Source of the DNA: a virus
Lineage: Duplodnaviria > Caudoviricetes
IMG/VR virus record: IMGVR_UViG_3300042386_001217
Location: 1-61,836 of that record
Strand: one strand, 5' to 3'
DNA length: 61,836 nucleotides
Shown: piece after piece, positions 39,252 through 48,942 of the stretch
Numbering within the stretch: the first letter of the stretch is position 1
Layout of the letters: each line of letters starts with the position of its first letter
Position numbers and translations under genes: made by a program
The notes under the pieces: model-generated
Told to the model about the DNA's origin: nothing
The model's input: the letters and a program-made list of their open reading frames with translations, nothing else
Databases searched by the model: none

Positions 39252-39254
39252 TAA

Positions 39255-39470
39255 ATGAACAACATCGATAATAAATACATTGTTGACGGAATCACTATCA
39301 ATAAAACAAAAGAGGGGTATAGAGTTTTTACAATACCAACCCAACATTTTGATATTGTTAATTTAGATGAATTAACTAACGATAGATTTGATTATGAAAT
39401 TAAAAGACAGGAAAAATATCAAAAAGATAGTTCCGAATTAATTAACTTATGGTTAAATGAAAATGAATAA
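39255..39470 (+). CDS. Hypothetical protein
   Basis: Starts MNNIDNKY, resembling the ThyA N-terminus. Confidence 0.65.
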   Translation: MNNIDNKYIVDGITINKTKEGYRVFTIPTQHFDIVNLDELTNDRFDYEIKRQEKYQKDSSELINLWLNENE

Positions 39471-39645
39471 CGTAGATAAACAATATGCTGTTTATGAAAA
39501 AGAACCAGCACACCAAAATAAAGAAAATGGTGTTATCTTAGCTCCCTTCAAAACTAAGGAAGAAGCAGAAAAGGCTAAACAAAAATATGGATACACTTCA
39601 GATAACTATTACGTAGATTTATTAAAATATGAACAATATAGATAA
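39457..39645 (+). CDS. Hypothetical protein
   Basis: Contains MNNVDKQY near its start, resembling the ThyA N-terminus. Confidence 0.65.
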   Translation: MKMNNVDKQYAVYEKEPAHQNKENGVILAPFKTKEEAEKAKQKYGYTSDNYYVDLLKYEQYR

Positions 39646-40885
39646 ACAATACCAGCAGCTACTCAAAGACATTATTGAGTATGGTGTAGAAAAACGAGAT
39701 AGGACAGGAACAGGAACTAAAAGTATATTTGGTTATACTATCCGTCATAATATGAAAGAGGGTTTCCCTCTTTTAACAACCAAGAAGATGGCTTGGAAAA
39801 CTATGGTAACTGAATTACTATGGTTCCTTCGTGGTGATACAAACATTAAGTTCCTTGTTGATAATGGTTGTCATATTTGGGATGGTGATGCATATAAAAG
39901 ATTCTCAACAGAGGCAACACTAATTAAAGAAGGATATGAATCTGGTGATATTTTGGGTTCACAACCACACATTGATAAAATGTTTAGTGACCCCGAAAAA
40001 TTAATAATTTTATCAAAAGAAGAGTTCATCAACAAAATCAAAACTGATGATGAGTTTGCTAAGGAGTGGGGAGAATTAGGTCCAATTTACGGTGCACAGT
40101 GGAGAAGTTGGTTCAAAATGGGAAGTGTCATGAATAATGATTTTGAATCTAATATGCAATTAATTGAAATAGACCAAATCACAAGCCTAATTAACGACCT
40201 TAAAACAAACCCAGACTCAAGACGATTAATGGTTAATGCTTGGAATGTAGGAGAATTAGCACAAATGGTTCTTCCACCTTGTCATTATGGATTTCAAGTT
40301 TATACAAGAGAGTTGAGTATAGAAGAGAAATGGGAACAATATACTAAATCAGGGTTGAATATTGAAATAAATGAAACACCATTAGAATTAAAACATATGG
40401 GAACATTGTTCTACCCTAAATCATTACCACAACGAGCAATCTCTTTAATGTGGAATCAACGTTCAGTAGATACATTCTTAGGTTTACCATTTAACATCGC
40501 TTCATATGGGTTGTTGTTAATGATGTTAGCCGATGAGGTAAATATGGTTCCCGATGAATTGATTGGTAATTTGGGTGATACACACATATACTTAAATCAT
40601 ATTGAACAAGCAAAAGAACAGATTGGTAGAAAGTTAACTGACGAGGAAAGGTATAATATATGGTTTAATAACAACTACGAAACAGGTATGGAAAGATATT
40701 TTGACCCTAATAATTTACCTGATTTCGATAATGAATATTATGTACCAACACCAAAAAGAACAAGAGAGCCTTTTGAATTACCAACGGTCCATGTGAGAGA
40801 TGGTATTTTCTGTAGTTCAATTAATGATATTATTTTAGAAAATTATAAATCACACCCAGCAATCAAAGCTCCTTTATCAAATTAA
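39629..40885 (+). CDS. thyA: Thymidylate synthase with insertions
   Basis: DRTGTGT, FPLLTTKK, ELLWFLRG, GPIYGAQWR, LPPCH, QRSVD.FLGLPFNIASY, DTHIYLNH. Confidence 0.96.
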   Translation: MNNIDKQYQQLLKDIIEYGVEKRDRTGTGTKSIFGYTIRHNMKEGFPLLTTKKMAWKTMVTELLWFLRGDTNIKFLVDNGCHIWDGDAYKRFSTEATLIKEGYESGDILGSQPHIDKMFSDPEKLIILSKEEFINKIKTDDEFAKEWGELGPIYGAQWRSWFKMGSVMNNDFESNMQLIEIDQITSLINDLKTNPDSRRLMVNAWNVGELAQMVLPPCHYGFQVYTRELSIEEKWEQYTKSGLNIEINETPLELKHMGTLFYPKSLPQRAISLMWNQRSVDTFLGLPFNIASYGLLLMMLADEVNMVPDELIGNLGDTHIYLNHIEQAKEQIGRKLTDEERYNIWFNNNYETGMERYFDPNNLPDFDNEYYVPTPKRTREPFELPTVHVRDGIFCSSINDIILENYKSHPAIKAPLSN

Positions 40886-40889
40886 TAAC

Positions 40890-41414
40890 ATGGAAACACC
40901 TTTTATAATAGAACAAAAAACATTTCAAGATGAACGTGGTAACTTTTGTGCGACTCCTTTTTTAAATAAATCAGGAAAATCATTAGTTAAGAATTGGGTT
41001 CAAGTTAACACCAGTGTTAGTTTTGAAAAATACACAATTCGTGGTTTACATTACCAAGAAGAACCTTTTGAACAATCAAAATATCTGAAAGTAGTGTGGG
41101 GTAAAATATATAACATGATTGTTTGTATTGATAAAATAAGTCCAGACTTTGGTTTAACGTATATATTTGAAGTAGATAAGGACCACGCTGTTTTTGTACC
41201 GAGAGGATATGCAAATGGACTAATTACTTTGGAACCAAATACAATAATTCAATATTTTGTGGACAATAGTTATTCACCTGAACACGAAAAATCAATCAAA
41301 TATAGTTCGGTAAAAGATTTTGACATTATAGTAAAAAGATTTACAGATTCACCTGTAATATCCGATAAAGATTTAAATGGTATTGATTTTAAAGAACTTA
41401 CTACCAATTACTAA
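40890..41414 (+). CDS. rmlC: dTDP-4-dehydrorhamnose 3,5-epimerase
   Basis: F.DERGNF, IRGLHYQ, VPRGYANG, Y.PEHE, ISDKD. Confidence 0.9.
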   Translation: METPFIIEQKTFQDERGNFCATPFLNKSGKSLVKNWVQVNTSVSFEKYTIRGLHYQEEPFEQSKYLKVVWGKIYNMIVCIDKISPDFGLTYIFEVDKDHAVFVPRGYANGLITLEPNTIIQYFVDNSYSPEHEKSIKYSSVKDFDIIVKRFTDSPVISDKDLNGIDFKELTTNY

Positions 41415-43080
41415 AATTCTCTTCAACAATCCAAAGAGCAAATTTTTGAATTTTTGAATTAATTTTTGGTAGACTATATTCAGAATCACCCAAAGATGAT
41501 ATTGCGGCATTTATTAATGCGGATTGCATTTTTGGGTGAAGTTCTCTAAGTTTGTCCATCGCTTCTTCCCTATCATCAGACAAATCCATCCATTTAACTT
41601 GGTCTTCAATCCACTCTAATGGTGCGTAAAGATAAGGTGGTGCACCAAACATATTTACAATACCTGTTTGTCTTAATGTTTCTAAATATTCTTTGGATAT
41701 GTCCCAATCTTCAGGTGAAAAATTAGAATATAATTCATCTTTTTTGAAAAAATTGTCAAGTTCTTTAACTTCCAACATTAATTTTTCTGATGTTTTTAAT
41801 TCAAACTCTTCAATAATCCCTTCTTTTAGACTGGTCACAATTTCAGGATAAATCATCCCTATATTTTTTTCTTCTTTATCAGGATAATCAGTATAGGTTA
41901 AAACTACTCTTAACGCATTTAAAATACCTGTCCTTTTATCATTAGTATCAATCAAATACCAAGGCGCAACTTCTTTAGTTTTAAGTAATGCGGTTTTTTT
42001 ATACTTTGTGTAGTCTTCCCACTTCTCAACTGACTTTGCGTCATTTGGTGAATATTTCCAATACTTAAGTGGTGACTTTTGTCTCATTTCAAAACGCTTA
42101 AGTTGTGTTTCTTTTGTAATTGAAAACCAAAACTTGAATATAGGAACTCCCGCACTAACTAAACTCTGTTCAAACGGTCCAACACCCTCCATAAATTCTT
42201 GATATTCTTCAAACGAAGAATAACCCATTACAGGTTCAACAATACCTCTGTTGTACCAACTTCTATCAAATAATATTATCTTATTTGGTTCCATTTGACT
42301 TTGATATCTTTGAAACCAATTCTTTCTTTCTTTTTTTGTTGGTATACCTAACGCCACAACTTTAAAATACTTTGGGTCCATGTATTCGGTCATTGTTTTG
42401 ATGATTGTTCCTTTACCTGCAGAATCTCTACCTTCAAAAACAATTACAAATGGTTTACCTGATGTTTTAACCATCTCTTGTAGTTTTAATAATTCAACTT
42501 GTAATGGTCTTAATTCTTTAAAAAATTTCTTTTTCTTTAATTTAGATTTTTCAATTTCAACACCACCTTTTCTCAATAAAAAATCTTCCAATTCATCATC
42601 TTCTTCTGAATCATCGGCATCGTTGTATATTGCTTGTCTAATCTTTAAAGACTCAATATATTTTTTAAGATATTTTTTTACGTTCTCAACTGTATCACCA
42701 GACTTAAGTAATTTTCTGTCAATATTTCTTAAAAATTCATCAGTAATATCTTCATCTTTTAATTGTTGTATAAATTCATCAAAATCTTCAGGATTAAGAC
42801 CATCCAATTCCAATACATCTTTTAATTTTTCAATAGACTCATTTAAATCTTCTTTACCAACAATATCATCAGACTCAAGTATCCACATGTCTGTTTCAGG
42901 GATTAGGGTAAGTGTGGAACCATTATCCCACTTCATTCTATATTGATAACCAACACCAAAAGGTACTTTTTCAATTGCTCTAACTTCACCAGCAGTGCCA
43001 AAAGGAACTCTTAAAGAGTCTCCTTCCATGTAGTGACAAATAATTCTATCACCAACTTTTAATTCGGGATTAAGTTCCAT
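41401..43080 (-). CDS. ppk2: Polyphosphate kinase 2 with extra N- and C-terminal domains
   Basis: FEGRDSAGKG, WFQRY, FDRSWYNR..VEPVMG, PLKYWKYSPND; start MELNPE at 43080 follows TATTTAT. Confidence 0.92.
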   Translation of the reverse strand: MELNPELKVGDRIICHYMEGDSLRVPFGTAGEVRAIEKVPFGVGYQYRMKWDNGSTLTLIPETDMWILESDDIVGKEDLNESIEKLKDVLELDGLNPEDFDEFIQQLKDEDITDEFLRNIDRKLLKSGDTVENVKKYLKKYIESLKIRQAIYNDADDSEEDDELEDFLLRKGGVEIEKSKLKKKKFFKELRPLQVELLKLQEMVKTSGKPFVIVFEGRDSAGKGTIIKTMTEYMDPKYFKVVALGIPTKKERKNWFQRYQSQMEPNKIILFDRSWYNRGIVEPVMGYSSFEEYQEFMEGVGPFEQSLVSAGVPIFKFWFSITKETQLKRFEMRQKSPLKYWKYSPNDAKSVEKWEDYTKYKKTALLKTKEVAPWYLIDTNDKRTGILNALRVVLTYTDYPDKEEKNIGMIYPEIVTSLKEGIIEEFELKTSEKLMLEVKELDNFFKKDELYSNFSPEDWDISKEYLETLRQTGIVNMFGAPPYLYAPLEWIEDQVKWMDLSDDREEAMDKLRELHPKMQSALINAAISSLGDSEYSLPKINSKIQKFALWIVEENFSNW

Positions 43081-43110
43081 AATTAATAAATACAATATTT
43101 ATATATAAAT

Positions 43111-43722
43111 ATGAAGATTACTATAACTGAAGAGCAATATAATTTGATTCTTGAAGCCGCATTTATTGATAAGGTTAAAGAAAAATTGGAACAATTTAAG
43201 TCTTTAACCGAAAAAATAATATCCGATTTAAAACAATCGTATAATTTTCATATTAAATTTGGGTTGACTTATGGTGCTGGTATTGGGGCGGTAATAGGTC
43301 CAATAACTAATTTCTTACATGGTAGATATCCTGAAATTGACTCACATCAGATTAATATGTTGGCAGTTGCCGCGATAATGATTGTCTTTTTTGAAAACAA
43401 AGAAATTGAAAAGATTGAAAAAAAGATTTCAGAAGAAAATTTGGAAAATGAATTGGCTGAAGCGGTAAACTTCACATCATTCTTTAGTAGAAAATTTTCA
43501 AAGTTTTTTAATGTGTTAGGTGCTAGTATTCAAAGAGCTAGTGATATTGTTAGTTATGCATTTCTTTTACCGTTATTAACTGAAATGTACAAATTAATGT
43601 CTGGTGGACTCGATAGTCTTGATTTTGACCTCATCTCTAAAAGCATTTTGTACGCAACAGGTATTATGGTTTCATCCAATCTCCTTAAGAGAATGGTGGA
43701 TAATATGAGAATTAAAGGATAA
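43111..43722 (+). CDS. Hypothetical membrane protein
   Basis: MKITITEEQY..ILE N-terminus; several hydrophobic helices. Confidence 0.75.
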   Translation: MKITITEEQYNLILEAAFIDKVKEKLEQFKSLTEKIISDLKQSYNFHIKFGLTYGAGIGAVIGPITNFLHGRYPEIDSHQINMLAVAAIMIVFFENKEIEKIEKKISEENLENELAEAVNFTSFFSRKFSKFFNVLGASIQRASDIVSYAFLLPLLTEMYKLMSGGLDSLDFDLISKSILYATGIMVSSNLLKRMVDNMRIKG

Positions 43723-43723
43723 T

Positions 43724-44014
43724 TTACTTTAATTCAAAATAGATTGTGTCATTGGCATAATACAATCTATGGGCTAGTTTCTTTTCAACCAATTTACCCA
43801 TTTCTGCCAATTGTTCAGATTCAGAAAGTTTCACACCTTTAATTTTTAATTTTGGCGATTTTTTTTGTGATTCAGTCTTAACTCTCATAGGTTTAAAATA
43901 TTCGTCAAGTGCAAAGATAAGCTCTTCTCTACTTTTATCAAAATTTAAACCTTCTTTTTTACAGAGATTTTTAAGTTCCACTAAATTGAGTTTTTGAAGC
44001 TCATTTTTTTCCAT
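43724..44014 (-). CDS. Hypothetical protein, SAP-like N-terminus
   Basis: LQKLNLVELKNLCKKEGL. Confidence 0.65.
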   Translation of the reverse strand: MEKNELQKLNLVELKNLCKKEGLNFDKSREELIFALDEYFKPMRVKTESQKKSPKLKIKGVKLSESEQLAEMGKLVEKKLAHRLYYANDTIYFELK

Positions 44015-44609
44015 ACCTTTTATCGTATTCTTTTCTTAACTCTTTTTTTAACTTTGAATAGTCTGATTTTGACATTGTTTTTTCATCAAATGTTCTTTTG
44101 TACCAATCGTCCAAAGCATCCTCTAAAGATACTTTTCTTAATTTCATAACTCTTCTTAAACCTTGTAAAACCGCTGGTATTTCGTGTGGTTGTAAATAAT
44201 ATGTATAATCTGTCGGTTGGTCTTCAAAATCTAATTCATTAAATTCTTCATCAGGTCTTAGACCGATATTTTGCATATGGTGTTCGTATTCGTGTCTAAC
44301 AATATCATTTAAATCAGCAATTAAATCATAAAGTAATTCAGGGTAATAATCTTCATTGATAAAAAGAACAACTTGCATTGTTGAGCTTTCGTCATCATAG
44401 TTTCCGTCAACAAAATACTTTTGATTATTTTCTTTCCATTCTTTATTCCAATCAAAATATACACTCATATCGTGTTTATAATAATCTTCACCATTAATCT
44501 CCAATGGTAATTCATACGAACCTACTTCGCCCGTTCTAACAATTTTAATAATGTCTTTGACAATATTTCTTGTTGGTAAATCTAATCCTTCTGTTATTAT
44601 GCGTTCCAT
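44001..44609 (-). CDS. Hypothetical protein with HExxH motif
   Basis: RHEYEH...Y..QPHEIPA, zincin-like. Confidence 0.7.
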   Translation of the reverse strand: MERIITEGLDLPTRNIVKDIIKIVRTGEVGSYELPLEINGEDYYKHDMSVYFDWNKEWKENNQKYFVDGNYDDESSTMQVVLFINEDYYPELLYDLIADLNDIVRHEYEHHMQNIGLRPDEEFNELDFEDQPTDYTYYLQPHEIPAVLQGLRRVMKLRKVSLEDALDDWYKRTFDEKTMSKSDYSKLKKELRKEYDKRYGKK

Positions 44610-45073
44610 ATTACTTCATTTACTGAAACATAGGCACCTAAATTACAAATTTTTTCAAATAATTCAACTTCATAGGTTATTACTTGTAAAAATTTAGTGA
44701 ACCTAATTGAGTCAATACTAAATTTATTGCCTTCACGACCTGATAGTAAAAACATCATGTCTTTTATTTTTTCTTTTTCAACATTTTTTATTCTTTCATC
44801 AAGGTCAAAGTCTATAATTTCAGCACTAAACATAAAATATATTACCCAATCACCAACACTAATCATAGGTTTGGCATCATTTAATTTATATTTTACTTTC
44901 ATAGTACCAAATGGTGTTGGTTTATCATGTTCGTATGGTGTCCCCATAGGGAAATACATTGGAACATCATAAACATCATTTAAAAACATATCTAAACAAG
45001 GTTCTGACATTTCTATTTTTTTAGAAATATTTTCTAAAGCTTCCTCCTTACTTTGATATATTATTCTTTCCAT
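44597..45073 (-). CDS. Hypothetical protein
   Basis: 158 aa; TATTTAT upstream. Confidence 0.7.
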   Translation of the reverse strand: MERIIYQSKEEALENISKKIEMSEPCLDMFLNDVYDVPMYFPMGTPYEHDKPTPFGTMKVKYKLNDAKPMISVGDWVIYFMFSAEIIDFDLDERIKNVEKEKIKDMMFLLSGREGNKFSIDSIRFTKFLQVITYEVELFEKICNLGAYVSVNEVIWNA

Positions 45074-45121
45074 AATAGATAAATACCTTGAATAAATTAA
45101 TAATAGTAATATATTTGTTTT

Positions 45122-45547
45122 ATGGAATTATTGAATACTCACCCAATCAAAAAATCAGACTTGGGTTTTCACGGAAATTTATTTGGTGGTAAAATTTTGG
45201 CTTGGGTTGACGCCGCAGCATCCGCACTTTCAATGCAACTTTGCGACAGTCCAAGAATGGTAACTGTAACACTTGATGAATGTAAATTCATTAAACCAGG
45301 TAAAGAAGGTCAACTACTAAAAATCTATGGAAAACCATTAAAAGTTGGTAATACATCAATCACCTTATACTTGGAAGCTCGTTCACATAGTGTTTATACA
45401 GGGGCCCAAACAGTGATACTCCACACCAAGATTACATTTGTAAGAATTGATGAAGAAGGTAATCCAATTCCAATTAGTGATAGAGCAAGAAATCGTATAT
45501 CAAGAATTATCAATGGTGAAGAAGTAAAAGGTGACGTAGCCCTTTAA
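45122..45547 (+). CDS. Acyl-CoA thioesterase (hotdog fold, YciA-like)
   Basis: HGNLFGG.ILAWVD.AA, VTV, VGNTS, TFV.IDEEG.P. Confidence 0.9.
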   Translation: MELLNTHPIKKSDLGFHGNLFGGKILAWVDAAASALSMQLCDSPRMVTVTLDECKFIKPGKEGQLLKIYGKPLKVGNTSITLYLEARSHSVYTGAQTVILHTKITFVRIDEEGNPIPISDRARNRISRIINGEEVKGDVAL

Positions 45548-45570
45548 TATCCTTTGGGATAATTATTGGT

Positions 45571-46152
45571 ATGAAAAGACTTTTATTATTTTTAGTATTA
45601 TTACCACTTGTTTCTTTTGTACCACCTAAAAGAAACAAAGTTGCATTTCAAAATGACATCTTCAAAGGAGAATATTCCGAAACTTTAGAACAACCATTAT
45701 GGGTCGAATATAAGGTACAGTGTCCGACAGGAACTGCATCAAGAACGGGTATGGATTTCTACACAAATGATTCCATATTCACCTCAGACTCAAAAGATTA
45801 TGAAAATAATGTATACGATAAAGGGCACTTAGCGCCAGCTGCGGACTTCAGTTGTGACAAACCAACATTATTTAAAACATTTTCTTATTTAAATTGTGCA
45901 CTTCAAAATCAATACCTTAATAGAGGTGTTTGGAGGATGTTAGAAATACAAGAAAGAGACTTGGCGAAGAAGTATGAAGTTAAGGTTAAAATTGTATTGG
46001 ACTTTAACGGAAAATGTGAGGTGTTGACATCAGGAGCAACGGTTCCTGTTGGATTTTTTAAGTACATAACATTCAACAAAACAACACTAAAGTATTATTT
46101 TGGAAATGAAAAACCAGTCAGTCCTAACCCCGAACATTATTTATTAAAATAA
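45571..46152 (+). CDS. Secreted DNA/RNA non-specific endonuclease (NucA-like)
   Basis: YDKGHLAPA, N..LQ...LNRGVW..LE; signal peptide. Confidence 0.92.
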   Translation: MKRLLLFLVLLPLVSFVPPKRNKVAFQNDIFKGEYSETLEQPLWVEYKVQCPTGTASRTGMDFYTNDSIFTSDSKDYENNVYDKGHLAPAADFSCDKPTLFKTFSYLNCALQNQYLNRGVWRMLEIQERDLAKKYEVKVKIVLDFNGKCEVLTSGATVPVGFFKYITFNKTTLKYYFGNEKPVSPNPEHYLLK

Positions 46153-46189
46153 TAATCAATAATAACAGATAATAATCAATAATAACAGA
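46150..46189. repeat. 20-bp tandem duplication
   Basis: TAATAATCAATAATAACAGA x2. Confidence 0.85.
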
Positions 46190-46255
46190 GGGGACCTAAG
46201 TGGTCCCTTTTTTGGTTATAAGGGGTTTGACTTTTTACAATAAATGGTTTAAACT

Positions 46256-46597
46256 ATGAATATGAAAATGGAAAATATAAAACAGAGATTAACACAAATT
46301 TGGAAACAATTGTCACTTTACACAATTATTGCAATTACATTGACGGTTGGAATTTGTATTGGTTATTATTACGATTTTATCAAAAATAGTTTAACTAGAA
46401 ATAAACCATCATCAGTTAAAAGAGAAGAAGTCACTTTAGCAATTGATGAACGTAATAATCTACTAATCGTTAAAAAATCTGACGGTACTTATACCACTTA
46501 TCAAGATTCAGTAGGTTACATGATTTTCAACTTGTACGCAAAAAATATTTGGGGACAAGCTGCAAATCCTAAAACACAAACAACAGATGTTAAATAA
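46256..46597 (+). CDS. Single-TM membrane protein
   Basis: Hydrophobic N-terminal helix; overlaps the SLT gene. Confidence 0.7.
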   Translation: MNMKMENIKQRLTQIWKQLSLYTIIAITLTVGICIGYYYDFIKNSLTRNKPSSVKREEVTLAIDERNNLLIVKKSDGTYTTYQDSVGYMIFNLYAKNIWGQAANPKTQTTDVK

Positions 46598-47126
46598 AAC
46601 AGTAAAATTCGCCTATCTTTTATTTTGTTCCGTAATATTATTTGCGGTGTTCACACTTTTCTCTGAATTTAAAACTAAAAAGAATTCAGATTATGAGATG
46701 TATGGTAAACCTAACTCACCATATAGTCTTCAAATGTATAATTCAATTGAAAAGTATTCTAATCAATATAAGATTCCAAAACACGTTGCCTATAACGTGG
46801 CATATTGTGAATCAGGATACAGAGGTCCATTTCATTGGTCTTATCAACCCGTACATATTTCAAACATGGGTGCGGTAGGACCAATGCAAATTATTCCAAT
46901 GTATGCTCACAAATACGCAGGTAAACGTGTAACCGCAAATGAACTTATGAAAAATATTGACTTAAATGTCAAAGTAAGTATGAAAATGTTACGAGCGTGG
47001 TACAACATTCATGGTAATTGGACTGATGCTTGTGGTGCGTACAATTCAGGTCAACCAATCCACAACGCATACGCTATTTTCTGTTCTTCTAACAAAAATT
47101 ACAAGATTAATTGGATTTCCTATTAA
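46587..47126 (+). CDS. Lytic transglycosylase (SLT domain), membrane-anchored
   Basis: CESG, GAVGPMQI, AYNSG. Confidence 0.88.
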   Translation: MLNKTVKFAYLLFCSVILFAVFTLFSEFKTKKNSDYEMYGKPNSPYSLQMYNSIEKYSNQYKIPKHVAYNVAYCESGYRGPFHWSYQPVHISNMGAVGPMQIIPMYAHKYAGKRVTANELMKNIDLNVKVSMKMLRAWYNIHGNWTDACGAYNSGQPIHNAYAIFCSSNKNYKINWISY

Positions 47127-47145
47127 TTTTTTGTAACTTTGTAAT

Positions 47146-47841
47146 ATGAAAATTACTTTCATTAGTGACACGCACACCAAACACAAAAAAGTAACTAGTT
47201 TGTTACCTGGTGGTGATTTGTTAATTCACGCTGGCGATTTAAGTTCTATGGGTTACCAACATGAAATCGTACAGTTCCTAAAATGGTTCAATGGTTTGGA
47301 TAACTACACACATAAAGTTTTTATCGCTGGTAATCATGATTTTGGATTTCAAGATATTCCTGACGTTTGTAAAAAGTTTTTAGATATTTATGACGAAGTA
47401 ACTTATCTTCAAGACAATTTACATTTGATTGGCGAAGACTATCAAACCGCAGTAAAAGTTTATGGTGCCCCATGGCAACCTGAATTTCATAATTGGGCGT
47501 TCAACTTACCAAGACAAGGTAAAGAGTTAGAAGATGTTTGGAACAATATCCCTATGGATACCGACATTCTTGTAACACACGGACCCGCTTGGGGACATTT
47601 GGATACTGTTAAATTTAATCCGACTTTTAATCTTGGTTGTGAATTACTAGCCGAAAGAATCAAAGTTGTAAAACCAAAGATTCACGTTTGTGGACACATC
47701 CACACTGGATATGGATATAAATTTGATGGTGACACACACTACTTCAACGCTGCGGTTTTGGATGAAAGTTACAACTTCACCCAAAAACCTTTGACTGTTG
47801 AGTGGAACAAAGAAACTAACGAAATCGAGTTTTTAGACTAA
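47146..47841 (+). CDS. Metallophosphoesterase (MPPED-like)
   Basis: ISDTH, HAGD, AGNHD, THGP, CGHIH. Confidence 0.92.
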   Translation: MKITFISDTHTKHKKVTSLLPGGDLLIHAGDLSSMGYQHEIVQFLKWFNGLDNYTHKVFIAGNHDFGFQDIPDVCKKFLDIYDEVTYLQDNLHLIGEDYQTAVKVYGAPWQPEFHNWAFNLPRQGKELEDVWNNIPMDTDILVTHGPAWGHLDTVKFNPTFNLGCELLAERIKVVKPKIHVCGHIHTGYGYKFDGDTHYFNAAVLDESYNFTQKPLTVEWNKETNEIEFLD

Positions 47842-47842
47842 T

Positions 47843-48415
47843 ATGAAAAAAGAATATAACGAGTGGTATTGGAAACTATACAGATGGTTTAAGTGGGATG
47901 CCAAACATCTTCATCGTGATATTGCTCAGGGTTTTAGAAACTTATGGAAATGGTTCCCAATCATTTGGAAAGACCGTGATTGGGATGACCATTTTATTTT
48001 TGAAGTTCTGAAATTTAAAATCAAGAATACTGCTAACTATACCGAAAAAAAACAAAGGTTTGTTGGATGGGAAAACGAAGTTCGATATATGAGAATATGT
48101 GAAACATTAATTGATAGAATTCAAAATGAATATTATCAAAGTGAACATTTTGATTATTATGATTTTGACATGAATTTTGTTCCGACAAAAAATGACCTGT
48201 ATGAAGCTGTGTTTGACGTTAAACGTGACGATACTGACCAATACATTAAAAAATACCCACACGCATTAAGAAGAGCCAAAAAGGACCCAAGATTTAAAAA
48301 TTATTTTAGTGGTGAAAGAAATGGTTATATCGCGGTAGGTATTATTAGACACGAGAAAGCAAAAAAACTACTATTTAAAATTCTTGAACAAAGAATTGAA
48401 CATTGGTGGGATTAA
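47843..48415 (+). CDS. Hypothetical phage protein
   Basis: W.PIIWKDRDWD motif; ends WWD. Confidence 0.8.
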   Translation: MKKEYNEWYWKLYRWFKWDAKHLHRDIAQGFRNLWKWFPIIWKDRDWDDHFIFEVLKFKIKNTANYTEKKQRFVGWENEVRYMRICETLIDRIQNEYYQSEHFDYYDFDMNFVPTKNDLYEAVFDVKRDDTDQYIKKYPHALRRAKKDPRFKNYFSGERNGYIAVGIIRHEKAKKLLFKILEQRIEHWWD

Positions 48416-48431
48416 AAATATTGACAAAGAT

Positions 48432-48893
48432 ATGGAAAAAGTAAAAATATACCTTGACGACGTAAGGACACCAATTAAAAATGATTGGATTGTCGTTAGA
48501 AACTATGATGAGTTCGTAGATAAAGTTGAAGAAGTTGGAATTGAAAACATTGATGCGATTTCTTTTGACCACGATTTGGGTGATACCGCAATGAAAGAAT
48601 ACTTTGATAATGTATCCCCCAACTATACATTAAACTATGACAACATTCATGAAAAAACAGGATATGATTGTGCAAAGTGGTTGGTTAACCATTTCTACAA
48701 TAAAAATCCTGAAGCAACAACAAAACATAGAATGTTTCGTGGAACAAAGATTGAATTTCCAAATGTATATGTTCATTCGGCAAATCCAATTGGAGCTTCA
48801 AACATTATGGGTTACATTAATAACTTCTTAATGAACGAAGCTCAACCACAAACCTGTGTTCGGGTTTCAATACCACACACTGTTGATGAGTAA
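48432..48893 (+). CDS. Cyclic-phosphate-processing receiver-like domain protein
   Basis: YLDDVRTP, ISFDHDLG, TGYDCAKWL, VHSANP.G. Confidence 0.82.
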   Translation: MEKVKIYLDDVRTPIKNDWIVVRNYDEFVDKVEEVGIENIDAISFDHDLGDTAMKEYFDNVSPNYTLNYDNIHEKTGYDCAKWLVNHFYNKNPEATTKHRMFRGTKIEFPNVYVHSANPIGASNIMGYINNFLMNEAQPQTCVRVSIPHTVDE

Positions 48894-48896
48894 TTA

Positions 48897-48921
48897 AAAA
48901 CCACCTTATGGTGGTTTTTTT
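48897..48921 (+). terminator. Intrinsic terminator
   Basis: AAAACCACC-ttat-GGTGGTTTTTT. Confidence 0.75.
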
Positions 48922-48942
48922 ATGTCGTTTATATTTATTGTT

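Noticed and set aside
39629-40885. Intron or intein in thyA
   Set aside because: Frame is uninterrupted; inserts are short and lack intein termini or endonuclease motifs
46150-46189. 20-bp duplication as an origin or att site
   Set aside because: Only two adjacent copies with no supporting context; slippage is sufficient
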